The notes under the pieces are model-generated. The model saw nothing but the letters and a program-made list of their open reading frames with translations. It had not been told where the DNA came from and ran no database searches. The translations under genes were made by a program, and so were the position numbers. From Candidatus Ancaeobacter aquaticus (GTDB lineage: Bacteria > Auribacterota > Ancaeobacteria > Ancaeobacterales > Ancaeobacteraceae), in the NCBI GenBank assembly GCA_030765405.1, contig JAVCCP010000078.1:1-64000 (forward strand): a stretch of DNA of 64,000 bases. Reading direction: 5' to 3'. Below are positions 1-10,138 of the stretch, piece by piece; the first letter of the stretch is position 1; each line of letters opens with the position of its first letter.

Positions 1-141
1 AGATATAATCGTCTTTTGTAATCCAATTTTTTAAGCGAAATCCTTTCGCGAATATGACCCTTTGTTTAAAAACCTCTAATTAAGCTTAAAATCATACCTT
101 ATGCGTATTGTTGCGGAATCGTTGCTCCAGGACCCTCCCCA

Positions 142-170
142 TTGACAAAGTTGGTTTTTCATGGCATCAT
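142..170 (+). promoter_or_regulatory. Candidate sigma70-type promoter for the 235..4281 gene
   Basis: TTGACA (142-147), 17-bp spacer, CATCAT (165-170; weak -10). Confidence 0.35.
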
Positions 171-234
171 GTCTAAGTACTTACTATAAAGCAATTATTT
201 AGCAATTCTCGTGACTTGAAGGAGTGCGTAAAAC

Positions 235-3200
235 ATGAAAATACCGAACCGTCTTATTAAAATTTTGTCGTTAGCCAACATAATAATCTTTCTATCCACG
301 AATATTGCCTTGTCAGTACCGGTATATGCAGGAAGGGCGGCACTTGCACCAAAATCAGGGTTTGAAAAGAAACAAGAAACGGCCGCCTTCAAAAAACTGG
401 ATAACATGATACGGAAAAGCATTAAGGATGAAGTTTGGTTTAAATCAGACCCTAAAAAAAGCGATAGGACAAAAAATATTATCAGAGAAATAGAAAAGCT
501 ATTAAATGAACATTATAATATTACTTTTGCGATAAATGATGACGCATCAAATATTGATTTTTCCGCGACAGGATGGGCTAACAGGATTATGCCGATTATA
601 ATTACGCTGAAAGACGGCAAAAAATATATTTTAAAGAGTTTTTCCCCTCTTCATGCAAACGAAAATAAATTAGATGAAATTAGATTCATTTTGTCCTCAC
701 AAAAGAAAATGAAAGAACAAGGATTTCCTGTCCCCGGAATAAGAAAGACCTCAGCTGAGACAAAAGATATCCTGGATTACGCATTTAAACTTGACGGCTA
801 TTACTGGGTTTTGGAAGAATTTTTAGAAAAAGGTGAGTATCAAGAATCCTTCAAAACGGATTTTAATAAGGTTCTATCCTTAGTAAAAATGGCGGCCCGG
901 ATCCAGAATAAAATCGATATAACCAGCATAACCAAACCGGAAGGCAAGGAAAGCAAGGAAATTGCTGAGAGAGTTGCTGTAGAAAAATTCGATAAATATT
1001 TAAATAAATTAAAAGAAAAAACCTTTAGTACCTTTAGCGAAGGAAATCAGAGTGCTCTTGAGGATAGCCTTGATGGCAGACAGAAAATATTTGATGAACA
1101 TGAGGAGTTCCTGCTGAAACAATTTGATATTGTTAAGAGCGGATATCCTTATGGCAAAAAAGTTGAATCTTTTATCCATGGCGATTTAGACAGTAACATG
1201 ATTTATGTTGGGGATACAATTACGGGTATTTATGATTTTGGATCAGCAAGAAAAGATTACAAATTCAGAGAATTCCGGAACGGTATTATGGAACTTCTCT
1301 TTGAGAACCCTGACGGACAATATAAGAATCTTTCCTCTTTACTTGTGGCCTATCTTGTTGAATTAGATGAAGACAAGATGGTTAGTGAAGAAGAATTAAT
1401 ATTTTTGGTCAAAATTGCTTTAAAAGGTTATTTCCTTGATCTCATTTTTAATTATTGTCTTTTAAACAGATTTAACTATTTAGGTCCTGAAAAGGCCGAA
1501 AAATATATTGGATCATTCGGTAGATATGTAGAATTATTTGATTCAGATGAAAAAGTAACAACCTTTGTTAAAGGGGTGTTACGGGAAAAAGACTTCCGTA
1601 AATCGCTTAAAAAGCAAGGGACGCCACAGGAAACTGAGGATAAAGATGCCAAAGTCTACATGAGTGAGAAAGAAGTCTCTGAGTTTGTTAGCTCAATGGA
1701 GGACAAGATCCGTCAATTAGCCATAAAAGAAGGCGATCTAACTTGGCAGTTGTATACTACTATACTTAAGAAGGAATTGCCTCCCGATGAGAGGGAGGCG
1801 TATTTTGATCTGCTTAAAGAACAAAAAAGAAATATCCAAAAATACCTGGATGAAGGCAATGTCTACCTTGCTACACTTACTGAGGAGCAAAGAAAAGACT
1901 TAAAAGATCCTGAAAAACATGAGAAGTGCTTTGTGAAACTTCCTGATGAAGGTAAAAAATTCTTGAGGAATATGGGAATAGCGGGGGTATATGATGCCCT
2001 GCTTAATAAGGAGCAAAAGGAAATTATACGAGACCCGGCAAAAAGAGAAGCCCTAATTGATGCAATGACCGAACAAGAAAAGGCAATTTTGGGCGAAGAT
2101 AAAGTATTTCTAATTGATTTTTCCAAAGAAAAGGAACTTTTAAAAGCGGGAATAGAAGAGTGCCAGCAGGAAACGCTTGAGATAGTGTCAGACGAAAAAC
2201 TGTTTGAAGATGTTCTTGGATTTAAACGTATGGATATTAAAGATCCTCTTCTTGTAAGAAGGATTAATTCTCTTTATTTTCTCCTGCTTGGAGGGCAGGT
2301 ATCAAATTCTAAAGAAGTTAGCGAGTTGGATATAAAGTTAAAAGAAGAATTTATGGCATATCCCATGATATATGAAGGTAAGTCCGTTGATGACACTATA
2401 ATAAACGAACAGATCCTAAGGTTTGAGCCGGACAGAAATAAAAGGAAAAATGCCTGGATGCTTATGGTCGAACGCGGCAAGGCATTGTTTGAAAAGAAAC
2501 TTGATTTGGTAAGGTTGCAGAATAAAAAGACGCGGGAATTAGCTGAAAAATACAACCTTCCCTACAAAAATTATTTTGAGCTGGTCGCGGCTACTAAAGA
2601 GTTAGATTATGACGAGTTTATGAAATTAATGGGAGCCGTAAAAGATGCTACAGACGAAGAAACTGAAAAAGTAATTGAGGAACAAAAAAAGATATTGGGT
2701 GTTGAGAGGCTGGAACCGTGGGATGTTTTGTATGCGTCTCATGAAACATACGAACAGGTTGAGAAGAAATACTATCCCAAAGAAAAGGCGCACGAAAGGA
2801 TGGTATGGACATTTAAAGGTTTAGGCCTTGATACTTCAGGAATCGAATATGACATGAACCCGAGAGAAGGGAAACTAAGCGAGAAATTCCCGCATCCCGG
2901 CGTTTGTTTTACAATAGACCCGATAGATAAAGATATCAGGCTTTTAGCAACGCCTCTTGACGGCAGTTTTGCCGCGGATGCGGTTAATCACGAATATGGG
3001 CATGGCGTTCATTCATACTATACTGCTCAGCCGGGTTTCTTTTTAAACGGTTACAATATTGGCATAGCGGAAGGTATGGCAAGATTTACGGAAACTATGA
3101 TAGTTGACCCTGATTGGTTAATGCAGTATGCGAGAATGCCCAAAGATTTGATAGTTGAATTTCTTGAAGCCAGACGGAAAGAGAATCTTTTAAAGTTCAG

Positions 3201-4281
3201 GGGGGTAAGACATTATATCGCAATTGCTGATTTTGATAGAAAGATTTATGAAGATCCCGATCAGGATTTAACAAAATTATATTGGGATAGATGTTCGGAT
3301 ATTATCGGTTTGCCATCCAAAGATACGGTAAGTGATTATTATAATTGGCCAAGATTCGCGGGGCTATATCATTATATCGCTACAACATGTTATATGCCAA
3401 ACGATTATGCAAACGCGGATTTTATAAATGCCCAAAATAAAACTTTTTTAATCAGGGAATACGGCCATATTTTAGGCAATCCCGCTGTTGGCAAATGGCT
3501 TATTGAAAATTACTACAGATTGGGGGATTCTGTTGAATGGCAGCAAATGATTGAGGATGCAACGGAAGAGCCTATTAACACCAAATATTATATTTCGGAA
3601 GTATTAAAACCAAAAGATAAATTAATTACTGAAGTAAACGATGCCCAAAGAAAATATATCGATACGATCGCAAGGGTATATAAACCATTTAGAAATATAA
3701 AGGAGCTGTCAGACAAGACTTCGGGGCTGAAAGACACAAATGTAGTTTTGGTAATGGTTGATTCACTGCTGGTCGATCCAGAGGATTATGATAAAAAAGA
3801 AGGCAAAAGCCTGGAAAAGACCACTTTGGACGAACTTATTGTGATCTTAAATCAGCTTGTCGCATCCGGTTCGAATACAAAGATAGCAGTGATCAATACC
3901 GGCTTTTTAAACGATGATGCTGATAAAATCCTAACTTCTTTAAAAAATAAATATAAAAATAATCTTTTGGTAGAGACAGATCCGTCAAAGGTAGAGGAAA
4001 AAATAGGAGATCAGGAAATTGTAAAGATAGGATTTAAAGAAAACGCTGATCTACTGGGGAAACTTGATGTTACCGTTAAGATGCCTGAAAAAGGCATGAT
4101 ATTGTCAGCCTTTGATTTTATGTATGCGGCATTTTCAAAAGATCAAAACATTGAAAAACATTATTCAAGAAGAGAACTGGAAAGATTCGCTAAAGAGATA
4201 TCATGCGATTTTGAGGCTACGAAAAGATATACTGAAGACATGATGTATTTTACGCGAGAGCAGTTCCTGATATTCGCATAA
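235..4281 (+). CDS. Large secreted multidomain protein: signal peptide, APH/homoserine-kinase-like domain, M3/M2-like gluzincin metallopeptidase, uncharacterised C-terminal domain
   Basis: 1348-aa ORF with GGAG RBS and hydrophobic N-terminus; HGDLDSN...IYDFG kinase-like motifs (nt ~1177); HEYGH zinc motif (nt 2989-3003) and downstream GIAEG glutamate. Confidence 0.75.
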   Translation: MKIPNRLIKILSLANIIIFLSTNIALSVPVYAGRAALAPKSGFEKKQETAAFKKLDNMIRKSIKDEVWFKSDPKKSDRTKNIIREIEKLLNEHYNITFAINDDASNIDFSATGWANRIMPIIITLKDGKKYILKSFSPLHANENKLDEIRFILSSQKKMKEQGFPVPGIRKTSAETKDILDYAFKLDGYYWVLEEFLEKGEYQESFKTDFNKVLSLVKMAARIQNKIDITSITKPEGKESKEIAERVAVEKFDKYLNKLKEKTFSTFSEGNQSALEDSLDGRQKIFDEHEEFLLKQFDIVKSGYPYGKKVESFIHGDLDSNMIYVGDTITGIYDFGSARKDYKFREFRNGIMELLFENPDGQYKNLSSLLVAYLVELDEDKMVSEEELIFLVKIALKGYFLDLIFNYCLLNRFNYLGPEKAEKYIGSFGRYVELFDSDEKVTTFVKGVLREKDFRKSLKKQGTPQETEDKDAKVYMSEKEVSEFVSSMEDKIRQLAIKEGDLTWQLYTTILKKELPPDEREAYFDLLKEQKRNIQKYLDEGNVYLATLTEEQRKDLKDPEKHEKCFVKLPDEGKKFLRNMGIAGVYDALLNKEQKEIIRDPAKREALIDAMTEQEKAILGEDKVFLIDFSKEKELLKAGIEECQQETLEIVSDEKLFEDVLGFKRMDIKDPLLVRRINSLYFLLLGGQVSNSKEVSELDIKLKEEFMAYPMIYEGKSVDDTIINEQILRFEPDRNKRKNAWMLMVERGKALFEKKLDLVRLQNKKTRELAEKYNLPYKNYFELVAATKELDYDEFMKLMGAVKDATDEETEKVIEEQKKILGVERLEPWDVLYASHETYEQVEKKYYPKEKAHERMVWTFKGLGLDTSGIEYDMNPREGKLSEKFPHPGVCFTIDPIDKDIRLLATPLDGSFAADAVNHEYGHGVHSYYTAQPGFFLNGYNIGIAEGMARFTETMIVDPDWLMQYARMPKDLIVEFLEARRKENLLKFRGVRHYIAIADFDRKIYEDPDQDLTKLYWDRCSDIIGLPSKDTVSDYYNWPRFAGLYHYIATTCYMPNDYANADFINAQNKTFLIREYGHILGNPAVGKWLIENYYRLGDSVEWQQMIEDATEEPINTKYYISEVLKPKDKLITEVNDAQRKYIDTIARVYKPFRNIKELSDKTSGLKDTNVVLVMVDSLLVDPEDYDKKEGKSLEKTTLDELIVILNQLVASGSNTKIAVINTGFLNDDADKILTSLKNKYKNNLLVETDPSKVEEKIGDQEIVKIGFKENADLLGKLDVTVKMPEKGMILSAFDFMYAAFSKDQNIEKHYSRRELERFAKEISCDFEATKRYTEDMMYFTREQFLIFA

Positions 4282-4330
4282 AAAAAGGGCGGCGCAAAGG
4301 CTTGCTACATGAAAAGGATAGGATAAAGCT

Positions 4331-5059
4331 ATGAAGGCAACGAATTATAAAGACAAGAAGATAGTTAGTAAGTACTTAAAAAAGACGCTTAGTGGAGTTT
4401 ATATTATTTATCCGGCCATATTAAGGCTCCTTCGTAATGTTAAAGGTAAAACTGTTTTAGACTTGGGGTGTGGAGCAGGTTTGATCAGCCAAAAACTGAG
4501 TGAAAGAGGCGCTAAGGTTTTTGCAGTTGATAGTTCCCAGAGGTGGATTGATATCTGCAAAAAAGAGAGTAATAAAACAAAAAACATTAAATATACGGTG
4601 GCAGATGCCGATGACTTGAGTATTTATAAGGACAGGAAATTTGATATTGTGTTTGCCAATATGGTTTTTCTGAGCGTTTCCTCCAAACAAAAAGTAGCAA
4701 AATCATTTAATGAAGTTAGCCGGATTATTAAAAAAGGAGGAACTTTTATTTTTAGCGATTGTCATCCTGTTGCTAATATGACCGGTAGTTCAAGTACAAA
4801 GATAAGCGGCGCGGTTCCCGGCTTTTCTTATTTTAAAGATGGTGCAAAATATAGGGGTACGTATCTTTTGTCTGATTATTCCCATATAGAATTTACTGAT
4901 TTGCATTTTAGTCTGGGTTTTTATTCCAAGTTATTAAATGAAAACGGTTTTATGATTGAAGAGATAATAGAGCCTAAACCAGCCAAAATGGATCCCGAAA
5001 AAAGATTTAAAAATTATAGAATTCCAGAATACATTATTTTTAAATGTAGAAAATTATAG
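4331..5059 (+). CDS. Class I SAM-dependent methyltransferase
   Basis: VLDLGCGAG motif I, acidic residue in FAVDSS, FDIV motif. Confidence 0.9.
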   Translation: MKATNYKDKKIVSKYLKKTLSGVYIIYPAILRLLRNVKGKTVLDLGCGAGLISQKLSERGAKVFAVDSSQRWIDICKKESNKTKNIKYTVADADDLSIYKDRKFDIVFANMVFLSVSSKQKVAKSFNEVSRIIKKGGTFIFSDCHPVANMTGSSSTKISGAVPGFSYFKDGAKYRGTYLLSDYSHIEFTDLHFSLGFYSKLLNENGFMIEEIIEPKPAKMDPEKRFKNYRIPEYIIFKCRKL

Positions 5060-5227
5060 TATGAGGATGAATAGTCCAACCGGTAAACAGATTCTGATAT
5101 TTTACATAGCGGTGAGTGTGTTTATCCCCTGATTTTCTCTTTCGGTGGATTGCAAAGTTAAATGCCGTAAATAGTGGTTATTTTTCATTTAAGCTGCGAT
5201 CTCCTGAAGTATTTATCGGTTATTTTT

Positions 5228-5257
5228 ATGAACGATGAACCACGAACGATGAACGAT
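5228..5257. repeat. Heptamer tract (ATGAACG-type)
   Basis: atgaacg atgaacc acgaacg atgaacg; related tracts at 16980-17007 and, inverted, 24467-24501. Confidence 0.8.
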
Positions 5258-5258
5258 T

Positions 5259-5279
5259 AAATAAGGCTTCGCCTTATTT
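5259..5279 (-). terminator. Hairpin overlapping the cyclase stop codon, terminator-like
   Basis: AAATAAGGC-TTC-GCCTTATTT perfect 9-bp stem between convergent genes. Confidence 0.45.
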
Positions 5280-7301
5280 CAATCCTTTTAATTCATATGT
5301 CCTGACACGTTTGTTCTTGCCTTTAATGTTTACTTCACCGAGTTCTCGCACTTCGACTCTGTCTTTAATCTCATTATAGGTTGTTTCACCGATAATGATG
5401 TGAGTGTTATATTCCTTGTTAAGCTGTTCAAAACGCTGTGTAGTATTGACTGCGTCCCCGATAGCGGTATAGTCCATAAGTTTTTCAGAGCCCATGTTTC
5501 CGACAACAACAACACCGGTATTAATACCTATTCTTATCTTGAGGGCCTGTTTTGTCATTTCTTTCCACTCAGCTTCAAATTCTTTTGATACTGCAACCAT
5601 CTCAAGCGCTACTGCACATGCTTTATACGCATGATCATGATAATAAAGCGGTGCGCTGAAAAGTGCCATAATGGCATCACCCATAAATTTGTCGACTGTC
5701 CCTCCATGCTTAAAAACAATATTGGTCATTTTTGTAAGATATTTGTTTAATATATGCGCTATTTGTTCGGGTTCAAGTGCTTCTGATATTGAAGTAAAAT
5801 TTTGTATATCTGAAAACAAAATGGTTATCTCTCTCTTTTCACCGCCGAGTTTGATATCTTCAGGATTTGCGAGAAGCTGGGTAACGATTTGCTCTGAAGC
5901 GTAATGCCTGAATATATTTTTTATCTTTTTCCGTTCGCGTTCTTCAGTGAGAAGTTTTGACGCGGTAACCGCGCCATAGGTAAGAAAGAGAGCAATAAAA
6001 GGATAAACGATATTTGTAACGAGATATAAATGACTGAAAAGAGCTTGGGAAGCCGCAATAAAAAAAGTCATGGTAACAAGGAATATTATAATACCTTTTA
6101 TTGTTGTTGCACGTCCAAGAATATATCCCATGCCGATTCCAAAGAAAATAATAAAGAGGATATTAATAACCGTACATATCATATTGAATTTCAAAAATCT
6201 GTTGTCCAGTATGTTTTGAATAACATTTGCGTGTTTTTCCATTCCTGAAAGACGCGGTGAAAAGGGTGTTACTTTGAGGTCCCCTAATCCCGGTGCTGTA
6301 GCGCCAATAATAATGATCTTACCTTTTAAGTTCTCTGCTGGAACGGTTTTGTTGAATACGTCAATAAATGAGTAGTAAGGGAACGAGCCGTTCGGGCCGT
6401 AATAATTTATAAAAAGCTTGTTGGTCATTGACAAAGGGATGATCTCGTTCGGTAATAAGGCGGCATCAGAAGTGATAAGTTTTATCTTTGCCATATCTAT
6501 ATTCAAGTATAAACGAGCCATTTGCAAGGTTATCGGCGGATAAAGATCTCCTTTAAACTTGATTGCAAAGAGCTCCCAGCGTAGCTCACCGTCCATGTCA
6601 GGAACAATATTTACCATGCCTTCACATAGTGCTTGTTCATCTAAGGAATTAATCGTATGAAAAACATTTGTAGCTTCCAGTGGAAGATATCGCGGATCTT
6701 TAACACCGAGTTTTGTTAAGAGATAACTTGATCGTTCTAAAAGAGAAAGACTTTTTTTGTCTATCGATGATGCTTTATCTCCTTCTTCACCGGGAAGGGT
6801 GAAATACATCGGTAGGACTACATTGCCCGCATACTTAAAGGCATCTGCAAGCGCAGAGTCGTTATCATATGTCCTTTTTTCTGATTCAATATATGAAAGA
6901 AAATTCTTTCCTTCAGCACTGGTCTTTGAAAATCCTGATGAAGTGAATGTATCTTCGACTTTTCCGAGCATTTTCAGCGTAGAATTTCTGTCCGGCTCGG
7001 TAAACAGGACGTCAAAACCGATAACCTTTGCTTCGCAATCTTTTAAATATTTTACCGCATGAGCAAAGTAGCGGCGTGGCCATGGCCATCTGCCGAGCTC
7101 TTTTATGCTTCTATCGTCAATAGCTATTAATGCGACGTTGTTTCCGGCTTCAATACGCCCTCTCATATGGAAACGCGCATCAATTGTTTTGAGTTCAAAC
7201 AAGTGGAGGAATGGGGTGTCAATATACATTAATACAAGAACAATCAGTGTAATAAGTGTGCCAAGTTTTGGCCCGGTAAGAAAACGTGAAAATTTTTTCA
7301 T
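5274..7301 (-). CDS. CHASE2-domain class III adenylate cyclase
   Basis: CHASE2 motifs (IAIDDRSI..LGRWPWPR, FDVLF.EP, DGELRW), TM helices, catalytic FSDIQNFT, VDKFMGD, YTAIGDAVNTTQR (Lys/Thr indicate ATP specificity); start placed at MKKF (7301), ORF-track start 7325 possible. Confidence 0.9.
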   Translation of the reverse strand: MKKFSRFLTGPKLGTLITLIVLVLMYIDTPFLHLFELKTIDARFHMRGRIEAGNNVALIAIDDRSIKELGRWPWPRRYFAHAVKYLKDCEAKVIGFDVLFTEPDRNSTLKMLGKVEDTFTSSGFSKTSAEGKNFLSYIESEKRTYDNDSALADAFKYAGNVVLPMYFTLPGEEGDKASSIDKKSLSLLERSSYLLTKLGVKDPRYLPLEATNVFHTINSLDEQALCEGMVNIVPDMDGELRWELFAIKFKGDLYPPITLQMARLYLNIDMAKIKLITSDAALLPNEIIPLSMTNKLFINYYGPNGSFPYYSFIDVFNKTVPAENLKGKIIIIGATAPGLGDLKVTPFSPRLSGMEKHANVIQNILDNRFLKFNMICTVINILFIIFFGIGMGYILGRATTIKGIIIFLVTMTFFIAASQALFSHLYLVTNIVYPFIALFLTYGAVTASKLLTEERERKKIKNIFRHYASEQIVTQLLANPEDIKLGGEKREITILFSDIQNFTSISEALEPEQIAHILNKYLTKMTNIVFKHGGTVDKFMGDAIMALFSAPLYYHDHAYKACAVALEMVAVSKEFEAEWKEMTKQALKIRIGINTGVVVVGNMGSEKLMDYTAIGDAVNTTQRFEQLNKEYNTHIIIGETTYNEIKDRVEVRELGEVNIKGKNKRVRTYELKGLK

Positions 7302-7432
7302 AAATACTATACATCCTGTTTGCATTTCTCAACTCCTTTATACCAAAATATATGATTTTGATAAATACTTTTGTTGAATTAAGTCACGTAATTGATAATA
7401 TAGGGGTCGGATCATAACCCCTTAAGGTAATT

Positions 7433-10066
7433 ATGAAAACATATTGTAATTTTTCTAAAGAAGAAGTTTTAAAAGAACAGGTTTCTTCTATAAATGGTTT
7501 ATCCTCGCAGGAGGCGGCTCATCGTTTGGCTGAGCACGGAAAAAACGCTTTAGTTGAAAGTAAACGCCGCACACCACTGGCCATGTTTATTGATCAGTTT
7601 AAAGATTTTATGATCATAGTCCTTATTGTTGCCGCTATTGTATCAGGCATTATTGGTGAGGTGACTGACACGATAGCAATTGTTGTTATTATTGTCCTTA
7701 ATGCGGTAATCGGTTTTGTGCAGGAGTACCGTGCAGAAAAGGCGATGGCCGCATTAAAGAAAATGGCCTCTCCCTATACAACCGTTATTCGTGACGGTAT
7801 GCAGCAGGTGATTGAATCAACAAGCGTTGTTCTCGGAGACATAGTTGTTTTAGTAGCGGGAAACCTTGTGCCTGCAGATATACGTTTATGTGAAACATCA
7901 CAGTTAAAGATTGAAGAAGCCGCACTTACTGGTGAATCAGTACCAGCAGAAAAACATTCCGATATACTCAATGATGGGACGTTTCCTTTAGGCGACAGAA
8001 AGAATATGACCTATCGCGGTACCGTCGTTACCTATGGCCGCGGAAAAGGTGTTGTTGTTGGAACGGGTATGCGTACAGAGCTCGGAAAAATCGCTCAGAT
8101 GCTGCAGAATGAAGATGAGGTAAAAACACCCCTGCAAAAACGATTAGCACGTTTTGGTAAGCACCTTGCACTCATAATACTGTTTATATGCGCCATTGTT
8201 TTTGGTGTTGGGGTGATGAGAGGGGAGTTACCGCTTCTTATGCTTCTTACCGCAGTATCGCTTGCTGTTGCGGCAATACCTGAAGCATTACCTGCCGTTG
8301 TTACTATATCGCTCGCACTTGGGGCAAAGAAGATGGTTGCGCAGAATGCCCTTATAAGAAAACTTCCTGCAGTCGAAACACTCGGGTCAGTAACATATAT
8401 CTGCACCGATAAAACGGGCACGCTGACCATGAATAAAATGACCGTTGAGTCGGTGCACACTTCATGTGAAATTAATAAAGATTCTGTAGAAAATAATGAA
8501 TTGCTCAAAACACTTTTCTTGGCGCTTTCAGTGAGTAATGATGCACATAAAGATAATAAAGGAATCGTTCTTGGTGATCCTACGGAAACTGCGTTGTATG
8601 CATATGCGGGGAAAAACGGATACGATAAAACAAAGTTAGTTGAGTTATATCCACGTGTTGCAGAGTTACCATTTGATTCTGAGAGAAAATGTATGACCAC
8701 GTTCCATGAAGTAAAAGATCCTGATTGTCGTATTAATGCGCGCTATATTTCTTTTACGAAAGGTGCACCGGAAGTGATAGCAGCCAATGCAACGGTAAAA
8801 GAACAATGTATTGGATCCCAATCGTTACAAAAAGATGAGTTGTTAAAGATAAATGAAAAAATGGCAGATCAGGGACTCAGAGTATTATGCGTTGCAATGC
8901 GGGTATGGGACAATCTCCCTAAAAATAATGTTCCGGAAAATGTTGAGACGGATCTTACGGTACTTGGCCTTGTCGGGATGATTGATCCGCCGCGAGAAGA
9001 GGTAAGAGAAGCGGTGGCGCTATGTAAAACAGCCGGCATAAAACCGGTTATGATAACGGGCGATCATCCTATTACTGCACGGACAATTGCACGAAAGCTT
9101 GATATTATTAGTAGCGAAGATGGAGAAATTATAACAGGGAAAGAACTAGGAGAGTTATCACTTGAAGAGCTTGAGGAGCGTGTTGAAAGAGTGCGAGTAT
9201 ATGCGCGTGTTGCCCCTGAACAGAAATTAAAAATTGTTAAGGCGCTGCAGGATAAAGGACAATATGTTGCGATGACCGGTGACGGCGTGAATGACGCCCC
9301 TGCATTGAAGCGTGCTGATATCGGCGTTGCTATGGGTATTACCGGCACAGACGTATCAAAAGAAGCGGCAGATATGGTGCTTTTGGACGATAATTTTGAG
9401 ACCGTAGTGCATGCCGTGGAAGCGGGAAGACGGATCTTTGACAATATACGGAAATTTATTAAATATATTATGACCAGTAATGCAGGTGAAATATGGACAA
9501 TCTTTCTTGCACCGTTTTTAGGTCTTCCCATTCCGCTGATACCAATACAGATATTGTGGATAAATCTTGTTACAGACGGTTTGCCTGGGCTTGCGCTTAC
9601 CGCAGAACCGGCTGAAAAAGGCATTATGAACCGACCGCCGCGGCATCCGAAAGAAAGTATCTTTGCGAACGGGTTAGGGCTGCACATTTTCTGGGTAGGA
9701 CTTTTGATGGGAGGAGTATCACTTTTCTCGCAGGCATGGGCGATTGAAACAGGCAGATCAAACTGGCAGACAATAGTTTTTACAGTGCTGTGTTTAAGTC
9801 AGATGGGACATGTTCTGGCTGTGCGATCTGAAAATGAATCACTTTTCTCGCAAGGGATTATGAGTAATGTGCCTTTGTTGGGCGCGTTTCTCCTTACCTT
9901 TTTACTCCAGATGGCAACGATATATGTCCCGTTTTTAAACCCGATATTTAAGACCGCACCGCTTACGGCTGGTGAATTAACATTTACATTGTTTTTGTCA
10001 TCTATTGTATTTATTGCGGTAGAGATCGAAAAATTATTACGGCGCAGAAAAATTATTAAGTATTAA
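7433..10066 (+). CDS. Cation-translocating P-type ATPase, type II (Ca2+-like)
   Basis: TGES, PEAL, DKTGTLT, MITGDH, GDGVNDAPAL motifs. Confidence 0.95.
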   Translation: MKTYCNFSKEEVLKEQVSSINGLSSQEAAHRLAEHGKNALVESKRRTPLAMFIDQFKDFMIIVLIVAAIVSGIIGEVTDTIAIVVIIVLNAVIGFVQEYRAEKAMAALKKMASPYTTVIRDGMQQVIESTSVVLGDIVVLVAGNLVPADIRLCETSQLKIEEAALTGESVPAEKHSDILNDGTFPLGDRKNMTYRGTVVTYGRGKGVVVGTGMRTELGKIAQMLQNEDEVKTPLQKRLARFGKHLALIILFICAIVFGVGVMRGELPLLMLLTAVSLAVAAIPEALPAVVTISLALGAKKMVAQNALIRKLPAVETLGSVTYICTDKTGTLTMNKMTVESVHTSCEINKDSVENNELLKTLFLALSVSNDAHKDNKGIVLGDPTETALYAYAGKNGYDKTKLVELYPRVAELPFDSERKCMTTFHEVKDPDCRINARYISFTKGAPEVIAANATVKEQCIGSQSLQKDELLKINEKMADQGLRVLCVAMRVWDNLPKNNVPENVETDLTVLGLVGMIDPPREEVREAVALCKTAGIKPVMITGDHPITARTIARKLDIISSEDGEIITGKELGELSLEELEERVERVRVYARVAPEQKLKIVKALQDKGQYVAMTGDGVNDAPALKRADIGVAMGITGTDVSKEAADMVLLDDNFETVVHAVEAGRRIFDNIRKFIKYIMTSNAGEIWTIFLAPFLGLPIPLIPIQILWINLVTDGLPGLALTAEPAEKGIMNRPPRHPKESIFANGLGLHIFWVGLLMGGVSLFSQAWAIETGRSNWQTIVFTVLCLSQMGHVLAVRSENESLFSQGIMSNVPLLGAFLLTFLLQMATIYVPFLNPIFKTAPLTAGELTFTLFLSSIVFIAVEIEKLLRRRKIIKY

Positions 10067-10094
10067 AGTAGGGAATCAATAATGCGTGGGACAT

Positions 10095-10117
10095 GTAGTG
10101 CACGGCTTTAGCCGTGC
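10095..10117 (+). repeat. Single REP hairpin (family A variant)
   Basis: GTAG-T-GCACGGC-TTTA-GCCGTGC; compensatory C/G change versus GCAGGGC-TTTA-GCCCTGC copies. Confidence 0.75.
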
Positions 10118-10138
10118 GGCAGCAGGGTAGGGACTATT

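Noticed and set aside
4289..4308. Collapsed REPIN or terminator after the giant gene
   Set aside because: Only a partial match (GGCGCAAAGGCTTGCTAC); no stable stem with U-tract
5061..5132. 23-aa hydrophobic mini-ORF MRMNSPTGKQILIFYIAVSVFIP
   Set aside because: Too short and no independent support; could be chance or a gene remnant
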